A stretch of DNA of 62,036 bases, filler included. It is 5 parts of 5 records of this genome, joined end to end, with 100 filler letters (N's around TTAATTAATTAA, not from the genome) between each part and the next. Parts side by side here need not be neighbours in the genome. Positions count along the whole stretch, not along the records: positions 1 to 20,769 come from SRR31147125_26229; 4 more parts are not named here. The stretch is one strand, 5' to 3'. Made by a program: the position numbers and the translations under genes. Under the pieces are notes generated by a model. The model was not told where the DNA came from, searched no databases, and saw nothing but the letters and a program-made list of their open reading frames with translations. Shown piece after piece: positions 1-9,609 of the stretch. Position 1 is the stretch's first letter, and the number at the start of each line of letters is the position of its first letter.

Positions 1-795
1 TACAATCAAGATATGTTCGATGCTGCTGGTATTGATTATCCAACAAATGACTGGGCATATGATGACTTTGTTGCGGCTGCAGAAGCTTTGACACAGTACA
101 ATGAAGATGGTTCAACAAGTGTATACGGTTGTGCGCTGCCAAACGTGCAAACATGGTGGGCTGGCGTAGGAGCAGCTGGAGATCAAGTATATGATCCAAA
201 CTCTGGAGAACTTGTAATTGGAGATGGCGCTGTTTCTTTCGTTCAATCTTGCGCGGATATGGTGAACGATGGTGTGATGCCAGAACCTTCATCAGATATG
301 GCGGATCTATTCTCTTCTGGCATGGCAGCAATGAGCTGGCAAGGAAGCTGGATGATTGGTGTTTATGGCGGCGAACTTGATTTTAACTGGGATATTGCAA
401 CTCTTCCAACAGATGAGATTAAATATAATACTCTACATACTGGGTTCTATACTATAAGCTCATCGTGTAAAGACCCAGATGCTGCTTGGGAAGTTATAGA
501 ATATTTAATGGGATCTGAAGGACAGGCGATAAATTCAAAATCTAGTGGTAATCCTTCCGCTCTGTTATCTATTGCAGCTAAAGAAGAATGGAAAGTTGAA
601 TCTGCAGAGACTGTAGAAAATTGGGATGCTATCACGGATTCATTGGCGGCAGGCGTATTCGGTTATACTTGTATTCCAAGCGGTGTTACTGGAAATGCAA
701 TTGGACTATTTGAATCTGCACTAATGGAGCAAGTGACAGCAGAAGAAGCAGTTGAGCAAGCTATGGATTACGCTGCAGAAACAATTGGCTACTAA
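1..795 (+). CDS. Carbohydrate ABC transporter substrate-binding protein (5'-truncated)
   Basis: YNQDMFDAAGIDYPTNDW, FSSGMAAM..GSW, FNWDIATLP, KDPDAAWEVIEYL motifs of CUT1 solute-binding proteins; frame open from window start. Confidence 0.85.
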   Translation, partial: YNQDMFDAAGIDYPTNDWAYDDFVAAAEALTQYNEDGSTSVYGCALPNVQTWWAGVGAAGDQVYDPNSGELVIGDGAVSFVQSCADMVNDGVMPEPSSDMADLFSSGMAAMSWQGSWMIGVYGGELDFNWDIATLPTDEIKYNTLHTGFYTISSSCKDPDAAWEVIEYLMGSEGQAINSKSSGNPSALLSIAAKEEWKVESAETVENWDAITDSLAAGVFGYTCIPSGVTGNAIGLFESALMEQVTAEEAVEQAMDYAAETIGY

Positions 796-814
796 TATTT
801 AAGATCACATAGAT

Positions 815-850
815 GAAAATGGGCGGCTTTATAATAAATCTGCCCATTTC
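815..850 (+). terminator. Stem-loop after SBP gene
   Basis: aaatgggc ... gcccattt inverted repeat 20 nt after stop. Confidence 0.55.
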
Positions 851-952
851 CTTAAAAATGGTGATAAATAAGCAAAAGATATAAAAATAAAAGCAAAAAG
901 ATTAAGAACAATTTTACTACCTATATGATTTAAGGATATTTAGAGGTAAGAC

Positions 953-1284
953 ATGAAAAAATGAGATTGTCTACGAGATTATTGTTAAGTTTTTCTGCTA
1001 TATTGCGTTTTAATCATCATTGGTTGCTTAGAAATTCACATGCTAAATGACATTTAATCCCGTAAAGTGCGGTATCAGCAGGTCAACTTTATAATCAAGC
1101 AAAAGCGCTGGAGGATATCGTTTATGATTTAAACAGTATTGTTGGGTGTTCTAAAAATGCATTGCAAAAAGGCGTTAAGCATAGAAAAAGACCTGGAAAA
1201 GATAAGAAGAACAAGAGATTAAAAAACAAAAGAAAACTAGTTAAAGCAATTCAAATTGCCAAGTCGAAAATTCTGAGATTATGA
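953..1284 (+). pseudogene. Internally deleted methyl-accepting chemotaxis protein-like remnant
   Basis: RBS agagg; N-terminal MRLSTRLLLSFSAI/VLIIIGCLEIHMLNDI (frameshifted) next to SAVSAGQLYNQAKALEDIVYDLNSIVG, which resembles an MCP C-terminus. Confidence 0.45.
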
Positions 1285-1442
1285 TTGGATACATTTTCGA
1301 AAAGAATCTCAATATTTAACTTGCTAATTTGATTTTATATCAAAAAAAGAGATAATATAGTATTTAACATAGGATTGAGAACACTAAGATAAAATGAGCG
1401 GTTTTATAGAAAATGTACATTTATTCAAACAGGGGAGCAAAT

Positions 1443-2364
1443 ATGAAAAAGAAGCAAAAGAATTTAACATCGAGACAAAGAAGTTTGAGAAATAATCTTA
1501 CGGCATATGGATTTATGACTCCGTGGTTTATAGGTTTTGCTGCTTTCTCTGCTTTTCCGATAATTTTCTTGTTTATTACAAGTTTTACGAATAGAAACCT
1601 TATTGGGCAATCAAAGTTTATTGGATTTAAAAACTATATTAATATGTTGTCTAGTGATACTTTTTTTGAATTCCTTGAAAGTGACCCTGTTTTTTACAAT
1701 CGTTATGATGGTAGTTACATCGATATGGGCATTATTTATGGCAATGCTTCTGCATAGAAAACAAAGATTAAATGGTATTTTTCAATTCTGTTATTTCTTG
1801 CCAGCGGTTATTCCTACGGTTGCACTAGCATTTGCATTTAGAATGATATTTGGTAGTGATGCCGGTGTGGTTAACTATATTGCTACACTCCTTAGTGGAG
1901 CAAGAGTGAATATAAATTGGCTATATGATGAAACTTTTGTATATTATGCTGTGTTTTTTGTTACACTCTTTACTTATAATACCGGACAGATGATGCTGAT
2001 TTATAGATCTGGTTTGGATGATGTTCCAAATGAACTCTACGAGGCTTGTGAGATTGATGGTGCCGGACCTTTGAAAAAGTTCACGAGTGTTACTTTGCCT
2101 ATAATTTCTCCTATTATATTGTTTAATACGGTTATGGGAGGCATCAGTGCTCTTAACGGTTCGTTTGCCTTATTGTATCCATTAACGGAGGGTGATCCAA
2201 ATGGTATGACAAATGTATTAAGTCTTTTAATTTATAAGGAAGCCTTTTTAAATTATAAGGTGGGTTATGGCTGTGCATTATCCGTTGTTCTATTCTTAAT
2301 AGCTTGTATGTTCGGAATCGTAATTTTTAGATTATCTAAGAAGTTTGTCTATTATGAGAATTGA
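1443..2364 (+). CDS. Carbohydrate ABC permease (MalF/UgpA type), frameshift at T7 1661-1667
   Basis: ORFs 1413-1757 and 1603-2364 join; FIGFKNY..NSL, ELYEACEIDGA (EAA loop), GYGCALSVVLF. Confidence 0.85.
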
Positions 2365-2439
2365 TATGATTCTGTCGTGAAAATAATGAAGGATAACTAT
2401 AGATTTAATTTAATACAACATGTTTAAGGTGGTAGAAAA

Positions 2440-3288
2440 ATGAGTGGCAAACGTAAAAATGCAAATGGTATATTGATAACGCTTGTTAAGATAATAGTAG
2501 CTGTTATTATGTTTTTTCCGATAATTTGGATTATTTCAAGTTCTTTTAAAAGTCTCATTGAAGTGAGCCAGTTTCCTCCGACAATAATTCCAAAGGATTT
2601 TAGGTTGGATAATTATATTAGAATCCTGACAGATAGTGAGTTTTACTTGTATCTTAAAAACACATTACTTTTAATTTTTGGGACAACTGTTGGAACTCTA
2701 ATTTCTTCTTCGCTTGTGGCTTATCCACTTGCTAGAATGGAATTTCCGGGGAAGGATATCTTTTTTGCACTCATAATTGGTACTTTGATGGTTCCTGGAA
2801 TTGCTTTGATTATTCCGCAGTATATTCTGTTTGGAAAACTTGGGTGGTTGGATACACTTTTACCAATGATTGTACCTGCATTTTTTGCATATCCTTATAA
2901 TGTATTTTTGTTCAGACAATTTTTCAGATCGATTCCTAAGGAATTGGATGAGGCAGCTAGGATAGATGGTTGTTCGCATATTGGGATTTTCTTTAGAGTG
3001 CTTGTACCGTTATCAAAACCTGTCTTTGCAACAATTGCAATTCTTTCATCCGTTTTTTGGTGGAATGAGTTAACTCAGCCGTTGATATACATTAATCGAG
3101 AGACTTGGCGTCCGTTGACTGTTGCTGTAATGACAAGATATAATCACTTTGGAGATAATATGTTTACCATAACATGGCATACACTGATGGCGGCTTCGGC
3201 AATTATGATTATTCCACCTATGGTGTTATACTTGAGTGGATCTAAATTTTTAGTAGAAGGTGTAAAAACATCTGGTCTAAAAGGATAA
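2440..3288 (+). CDS. Carbohydrate ABC permease (MalG/UgpE type)
   Basis: FLFRQFFRSIPKELDEAARIDG EAA loop; C-terminal GLKG. Confidence 0.92.
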   Translation: MSGKRKNANGILITLVKIIVAVIMFFPIIWIISSSFKSLIEVSQFPPTIIPKDFRLDNYIRILTDSEFYLYLKNTLLLIFGTTVGTLISSSLVAYPLARMEFPGKDIFFALIIGTLMVPGIALIIPQYILFGKLGWLDTLLPMIVPAFFAYPYNVFLFRQFFRSIPKELDEAARIDGCSHIGIFFRVLVPLSKPVFATIAILSSVFWWNELTQPLIYINRETWRPLTVAVMTRYNHFGDNMFTITWHTLMAASAIMIIPPMVLYLSGSKFLVEGVKTSGLKG

Positions 3289-3307
3289 CTATTGATTAAG
3301 GTATATA

Positions 3308-3958
3308 ATGGCTAAAAAAAAATCATTAAAATACGAAAATAAATTATTTGCATTTCTAACGAAGATCGCGGACTTGATTTTGTTAAGTTTGATGTGGATG
3401 ATTTTTTGTATCCCTATTCTTACAATGACCTCATCGACAGCTGCATTATATTATGCAACAGTAAAAGTTGTTAGGAAAGATGCAGGATCTGCTTTGAAAG
3501 AGTTTATGCGATCGTTTAAAGTTAATTTGAAACAAGGGTGTATATTGACTTTTTGGTTGATTGTTTTTGCTCTTTTGGTGTGGTCCAATTTGTATATTGT
3601 AAATTCAGGCAGTGTTAATCAGCAATGGATAATCGTCTTTAAAGTATTTTTTATTCCTTTATCAGTAGCTGGCGTTTTTACTGTACTATATTTATTTGCT
3701 ACTTTATCAAGGTTTACTTTTGGATGCTACGGATATATCAAGATGTCTTTTGGTATAGCATTTAGGCATGTTTTTAGTACGCTGTTTTTAATACTCATAT
3801 CATTTTCTGTTATAGAATTAGTCTATGTTATTCCGCCATTGATATTGATTGCGCCAGCTACATTAACATATATTAATTCGTTTATCATAGAACGAATTTT
3901 TAGACGCTATATGGAAAAGCCGGATGATGATATTGTTGAATGGTATTGGATGGATTAG
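3308..3958 (+). CDS. YesL/DUF624 family membrane protein
   Basis: IADLILLSLMWMIFCIPILT..STAALY..FMRSFKVNLKQG; usual position after sugar ABC permeases. Confidence 0.8.
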   Translation: MAKKKSLKYENKLFAFLTKIADLILLSLMWMIFCIPILTMTSSTAALYYATVKVVRKDAGSALKEFMRSFKVNLKQGCILTFWLIVFALLVWSNLYIVNSGSVNQQWIIVFKVFFIPLSVAGVFTVLYLFATLSRFTFGCYGYIKMSFGIAFRHVFSTLFLILISFSVIELVYVIPPLILIAPATLTYINSFIIERIFRRYMEKPDDDIVEWYWMD

Positions 3959-4047
3959 TATTTTTATTTAGAATAAGATTTAAATATGTAAACAAGAAAT
4001 TGACGATGTTTTATAGATTATTTTTTAATAATGAAAGATAAGAAGAA

Positions 4048-4290
4048 ATGCCAAAACTCCCAGTTGCATCCGCAATGTGGATACCTACACCAGATATGAT
4101 TACTGGTAACGAAGCGTGGATACTAGCTGGAGGTACGCATCATAATATTATCTCTTATGACTTAAATGCCGAACATATTAAAGACTTTGCAGAGATTATG
4201 GGTATTGAATGCGTTCACATCAGTAAAGATACCAGAATTGAAGACTTGCGCATGAAATTGGTGTTAGGCGATGTGATCTGTAGTAAATAG
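4048..4290 (+). pseudogene. araA: L-arabinose isomerase C-terminal fragment
   Basis: MPKLPVASAMWIPTPD..EAWILAGGTHH..DFAEIMGIECV matches the AraA C-terminus; only 80 aa, upstream in-frame stop. Confidence 0.8.
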
Positions 4291-4346
4291 TCAATGATAT
4301 TTTACGGAGATGTTAAACACTAAAGTGTTTAATTAAGCTGTTGAAA

Positions 4347-4382
4347 AAGCACTGATTTCTTTTAAGGGATCGGTGCTTCTTT
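4347..4382 (+). terminator. Rho-independent terminator
   Basis: aagcactgat..atcggtgctt followed by cttt. Confidence 0.55.
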
Positions 4383-4677
4383 GCGTTATAATGTTTGCTT
4401 TAGTTAAAAGAAAAGAGCAATACTATTGCTTTGCTTGTTGTTATATCTGTGTCATCTAACCTGTAGTGGAGGAATATCAAACTCGCTGTTGTAATTTTTG
4501 CAGTTTGGATAATTACAGAGGGGTAATATCAGTTTGTTTTGATACAACTGTATTTTGGCTGATATAAGCTTCTTTTCCACGTGTTATTGTTGATAATGGA
4601 GGAACGAAAAAATGCAGCAACTATAAAAAATGCTGCATCTTCATTTGTCTTTTATAATTGTACTGTACCTAACGCTA

Positions 4678-6119
4678 TCAAGATTCTGAAGAGATAGTAT
4701 AAGTATTTTTTCCTCTGTTTTTTGACTCATACATTGCAAGGTCAGCTTTTTCATCATCTGCATAGGGTCTGTTAAATCATTGGTATAATGAGTAATTCCC
4801 ATGCTAATCGTTATATCATATTTTTTTATATTCTCTTGGTGGTTGAATAAATCTATAAAGTCAGTTAAACATGTGATGTTTTCTTGCTCGTTACCATAGA
4901 GTAGTACAGCAAACTCATCTCCACCTGTTCTAAACAATTCATCACCAAACTTCTCAAAATAGCCTTTAGACTGAGTAGCTATGTTTTTCAGGATTTCATC
5001 CGTGAAAACATGTCCATAGGTATCGTTAATTTCTTTAAAATTATCAATATCAAATATTGCTAGGCTTAAAGGCAGGTTGCTTGATTCAGACTTTTTATAA
5101 TGAGATACTAACTTTTGATCAAACATACGCCTATTAGCTATCTTTGTTAATGGGTCTGTATTTGCAATATCCGTCAATCGCTTTTCATAAGCTTTTATTA
5201 CATAGTTCATAACAAATAGTAGTAATAGATAAGCGCACGAAACAGTTAGGAAGTTGTTAATAATAATTTTGTAGAATGATTTTCTAATGACTGATTCTTT
5301 TTCAACTATCAAATACCAATCTAGCTCTTCCATGTATTTTGTGATTATAAGCATATCCTCTTTACTGATGCTAGGTTTGAAAATTTGCATATCGTTTTTT
5401 TCGTTCACGATGCTATCTTTGTATGTTGATAAATGACCAGAGGTGAAAGGTTCATCACTTTCTATAAGATTACGGTTTGGATGTACTTGGATAACGCCAT
5501 TTTCGTCGATTATGTATGGGGTGATATCATAATCCTGCTGAAACTGGAGGAGTAGACTTTGAATTTTTTTTACTTTTAACCCTACACCTATTACACCAAT
5601 AAGTTCGCCATCGTCGTTTAGTACTTTACAGTTTACAAAAACAGTTAAATCAAAGTTCTCATCCTCATCAATATCCACATTTAATTCATAAAGCTCAGGG
5701 CTGGTTATAAAATTATAATACCAAGCATCTAACTGATCCTCTTTACTGACGGTTTTCAAAATGCCGTTTTCTGTATAATAAGTATTTGTTTCTTCCGAAA
5801 CATAAAATGCAGCATCGTAACCATATTTTGATTTAATGCCATTTAAATATTTTGTTATATCTTGTCGCTCGGCAGGCTCATTTTTTGTCCAATCTATAAA
5901 AAAACTATCGTTTGCCATAGTAAGAGATACCACTACTGGTTTAATAATATCGTTTTGTATTTCAGAATATATATTTGAAGAGGTTAATTTAGCGATATTT
6001 TTAGTATCTTCGTCAATGATTTTACTGTAAAAAACGAAATTTATCCCTGTAAGAAAAATAAATACTGCTACCATTATACCACTTATTATTATATTGATTT
6101 TGGATTGGAAAAACTTCAT
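4678..6119 (-). CDS. Membrane sensor (Cache-like) diguanylate cyclase; frameshift at 4747-4751
   Basis: TDPLTKIANRR, DIDNFKEINDTYGH, RTGGDEF; adding one A restores KADLAMYESKNRGKN with stop at 4678. Confidence 0.88.
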
Positions 6120-6508
6120 AACTTACCCCTGTTTGCTTGTCTTTTTTAATATTACCACTATGAACAATTGTTGTCTATAGAAACTGATTAGAGTAATTTT
6201 TGTTGCCTATTTCATATTGCTTGGTCATTGCATGGGGTTGGTATATCAGTTTTTTTGAAAATGTTATGTTTCTGACGATTTTTAAGTTAAAGCAGTTGCG
6301 AATTAAAAAGCAGACCAGCGTAAATAAAAACAAAAAGTTAACAAAGTAAAAACAAAGGTGTTGATGGGTAAGCTTTAATTGGAATGCTGTGGTATGATGA
6401 CCGTATATGAAAGTTAGTAGTACTAATTAAAAATTTTGAGCTAAGTTTGATTAGTTTTTATAGAAATTCATATAATAAGCAGGTAAAACTGTATTAAGGA
6501 AGTAATAA

Positions 6509-7596
6509 ATGAAAATTAAAAAAATGAAAAGTCTCATCATCGGTGATTTAAAGGCAAAACTTCCAATTGTACAAGGCGGTATGGGGGTTGGGATTTCTTT
6601 AAGTGGACTTGCTTCGGCTGTTGCAAATCAAGGTGGAATTGGTGTTATTGCAACTGCTGGTATTGGGATGTCAGAATCCGACTTTTACGCAGATTATAGC
6701 AAAGCAAATATTCGAGCACTAAAAGATGAAATTAAAAAAGCGAGAAAGTTATCAAATGGAATTATAGGCGTTAATATAATGGTTGCCCTCTCAAACTTTT
6801 CTGAGATGGTTAAAACAGCAATTAAAGAAAAAATAGATATCGTATTTTCAGGGGCAGGGTTGCCGCTTGAGCTCCCGAAATTTCTGGATAGATCAAGCAA
6901 AACTAAATTGGTTCCAATCGTCTCCTCAGCAAGGGCAGCAAAAATTATTGCACATACATGGATGAGTAGATATAATTATGCACCAGATGCGATTGTTGTT
7001 GAAGGACCCAAGGCGGGCGGGCATCTTGGGTTTAAAAAAAATCAATTGGATGATCCCAAATATGCGATTGAAAATTTGGTGAAAGAAGTTGTACAATATA
7101 TGCAACCAATCGAAGAGGAATCAGGGAAAAAGATTCCTGTCATTGCAGGTGGAGGCATATATAGTGGAGAAGATATTTATAAAATTATGAAACTTGGTGC
7201 ATCTGGTGTGCAAATGGCGACGAGATTTGTGACCACAGAAGAATGCGATGCTGATATAAAATTTAAAGAGTGTTATATCAATGCGGAAAAAGATGACATT
7301 GATATTATCAAAAGTCCTGTTGGAATGCCAGGACGTGCTATTATAAATGATTATATTAAAGGCATTAATGCAGGCGAAAAAAGCCTTTTTCATGTCCGTA
7401 TCATTGTATTTTAACTTGTGACCATAAAACTACTCCTTACTGCATTTCTCTTGCATTATTGAATGCTAAAAAAGGAAGAATGGCTAATGGCTTTGCATTT
7501 GCAGGTATCAATGCTTATAGATCAGATTCAATTGTTTCTGTAAAGGAATTAGTTTGGAATTTGAAAAAAGAGTATGAAAGTGCATTGGAAAATTAA
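6509..7596 (+). CDS. Nitronate monooxygenase / FabK-FabX-like flavoprotein; frameshift at A6 7377-7382
   Basis: PIVQGGMGVGIS, VVEGPKAGGHLG, GVQMATRF, SPVGMPGRA; restored tail CPYHCILTC..YCISLALLNA..FAGINAY. Confidence 0.85.
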
Positions 7597-7738
7597 AGAT
7601 ATACGCTGATGGAAAACCGGCTATATAAGCACTATGCCGACTACAACAATTGTCATGAATGAAGTTAATAGTTTTGCGTAAAGATGCGGAAGAATTGTAC
7701 CAGAAGTCGGTAAAATAATGAAATGAGGGGCTCATTTT

Positions 7739-8563
7739 ATGTCTAAAATATCGCTTGCTAAAGAAATGGAAACTTTGCTAATCCCGCTATATGGAAAAGC
7801 ACAGGATTGCTTAAAAGAAAAATCGATTCTTAAAGACAAGAAGGCATTGCATATTATCAATACATTGGATTATGATTTTACGGATTTAAAGATAGCTGAG
7901 AAAACTAATATTATGATGTGTTTAAGAGCTAAACTTATTGACGATTATACTGTCCAATTCTTGCAGAATAAAAGTGATGTTGTTGTATTACACTTGGGCT
8001 GTGGTCTTGATAATCGTTGCATTAGAGTTAACAGTATAGACGCTGATTGGTATGAGCTTGATTTTCTTGAAGTAATGGATATTCGAAAGAAGTTTTATAG
8101 CGAAACACAAAGGTATCATTTGATTCCGTCGTCTGTTACTGATAGCAAATGGCTTGATAAAATCCCTAAGGGAAAGAAAAATTATATTGTAATTGCAGAA
8201 GGATTATCGATGTATTTATGCGAAGAAGAAATTAAGGATTTGCTCAGTAGATTGAATCATCATTGTAATGACTATACGCTAATTATGGATGCATATAGCA
8301 AACTAACAGCAAAGAGTGCAAAAAACCATCCATCACTTAAAAAAACTGGTGCAGTGATTAAATGGGGAATAGATAATCCTAAAGATATAGAGCAGTGGGA
8401 CCATAAATACAAATTGATTGATCAGCAGTACTTTACAATGACTAAATACAATGAGCAATTAGATTTTGGAACAAGGTTTATGTTTAAAATTGCAAATATG
8501 TTTTCTGCTGCAAAGAAAGCGCATAGATTACTAATATATAAGTGTTTTGAAAATAAAGTTTAA
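7739..8563 (+). CDS. Class I SAM-dependent methyltransferase (LCM/YktD-like)
   Basis: ETLLIPLYGKA, VVLHLGCGLDNR, WYELDF, IAEGLSMYL. Confidence 0.85.
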   Translation: MSKISLAKEMETLLIPLYGKAQDCLKEKSILKDKKALHIINTLDYDFTDLKIAEKTNIMMCLRAKLIDDYTVQFLQNKSDVVVLHLGCGLDNRCIRVNSIDADWYELDFLEVMDIRKKFYSETQRYHLIPSSVTDSKWLDKIPKGKKNYIVIAEGLSMYLCEEEIKDLLSRLNHHCNDYTLIMDAYSKLTAKSAKNHPSLKKTGAVIKWGIDNPKDIEQWDHKYKLIDQQYFTMTKYNEQLDFGTRFMFKIANMFSAAKKAHRLLIYKCFENKV

Positions 8564-8658
8564 TATAAACTATTGAGTGCGCAATGTATTCATATACTTG
8601 AAAATACCCCATTATAGAGATATAATGAATGCAAATTAAAACTAAGGGGTTAGACATT

Positions 8659-9465
8659 GTGAAAAAGATAAATTTAGAATTTGAACCGAAAAACATATCA
8701 ATTGATGAATTGACCGCATCAGAAGTAAAAGTAAGTTTGACTAAAGTAAAGACCGGAACAGTTCAAGCAAGAAAATGTGATATGATGAAAACAGACGATA
8801 CAGACTTTGGCGTATATCCGGTTTATTTTTATGCACTAAATCATCCAAAGCATGGTGACTATATAATTGATGGCGGTTTGGATTTTAGTTTCAAGGATAA
8901 CTCTCTTGGTTCGCAAAAAGGACTTTTAAAAAGTAAATTTGCTTGCAGATGTAGTTTGGACAAAGACTTAAAGTCCTATTTGGACGAAAACAAAATTGAT
9001 GTTAAAAAAGCTTTTCTATCACATTTGCACTTTGACCATATTGCTGGATTAATAGATGTGGATAGTATCAAAACGTGTGTATGTTCAAAGCAAGAAAAAT
9101 ATAATTCTTTTAAACCGCTTTATTATGGTAATCATTTGAAAAACATCGACACTATGGAGTGCTTGGATTTTGATGGTGCTGGACAATTGGAAAATACTTT
9201 TAAAGCGATAGACTTTTTTGGTGATTTATCTCTTATTATGATATCAACCAGTGGACATACGGCTGGGCATACATCTTTTATTGTCAACACCCAGCATGGG
9301 TTACACCTTGTAGCAAGTGATGCTTATGTTTTTGATAGTGAAACACTTAGGGAGAACGGTTGCGGTAAGTTTTCAGCTGATTTTGAAGAAGCTACCCAAA
9401 GCCTAAATAATATTATGACGTTGTTAGACAAATACAAAGATATACATTTAGATACTGGACATTAG
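8659..9465 (+). CDS. MBL-fold metallo-hydrolase (AHL-lactonase-like subgroup)
   Basis: SHLHFDHIAG (HxHxDH), DFFGDLSL, GHTAGH, ASDA, terminal GH; GTG start after aagggg. Confidence 0.8.
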   Translation: MKKINLEFEPKNISIDELTASEVKVSLTKVKTGTVQARKCDMMKTDDTDFGVYPVYFYALNHPKHGDYIIDGGLDFSFKDNSLGSQKGLLKSKFACRCSLDKDLKSYLDENKIDVKKAFLSHLHFDHIAGLIDVDSIKTCVCSKQEKYNSFKPLYYGNHLKNIDTMECLDFDGAGQLENTFKAIDFFGDLSLIMISTSGHTAGHTSFIVNTQHGLHLVASDAYVFDSETLRENGCGKFSADFEEATQSLNNIMTLLDKYKDIHLDTGH

Positions 9466-9487
9466 ATACAAATATATATGAAGATTC

Positions 9488-9515
9488 AGTCACCAAATTA
9501 GGTGGCTTTTTCTTT
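9488..9515 (+). terminator. Rho-independent terminator
   Basis: agtcacc-aaatta-ggtggct followed by T tract. Confidence 0.65.
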
Positions 9516-9609
9516 ACCCTTATTTGTTTTATGCTTGGAAAAAAGGATATAGCTGGAGTTTGATTACTATTTTGCTATATGATAAAATGAATAAAACGTC
9601 AAAGAAAGT

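Noticed and set aside
4490..6280. Direct repeats (gtaatttttg..atatcagttt) flanking the GGDEF gene
   Set aside because: Only short matches with different spacing in AT-rich DNA; cannot be distinguished from chance
6410..6460. FapR/FabT operator (ttagtagtactaa) upstream of the NMO-family gene
   Set aside because: Spacing does not fit the FapR consensus as recalled, and the second motif is only a half site
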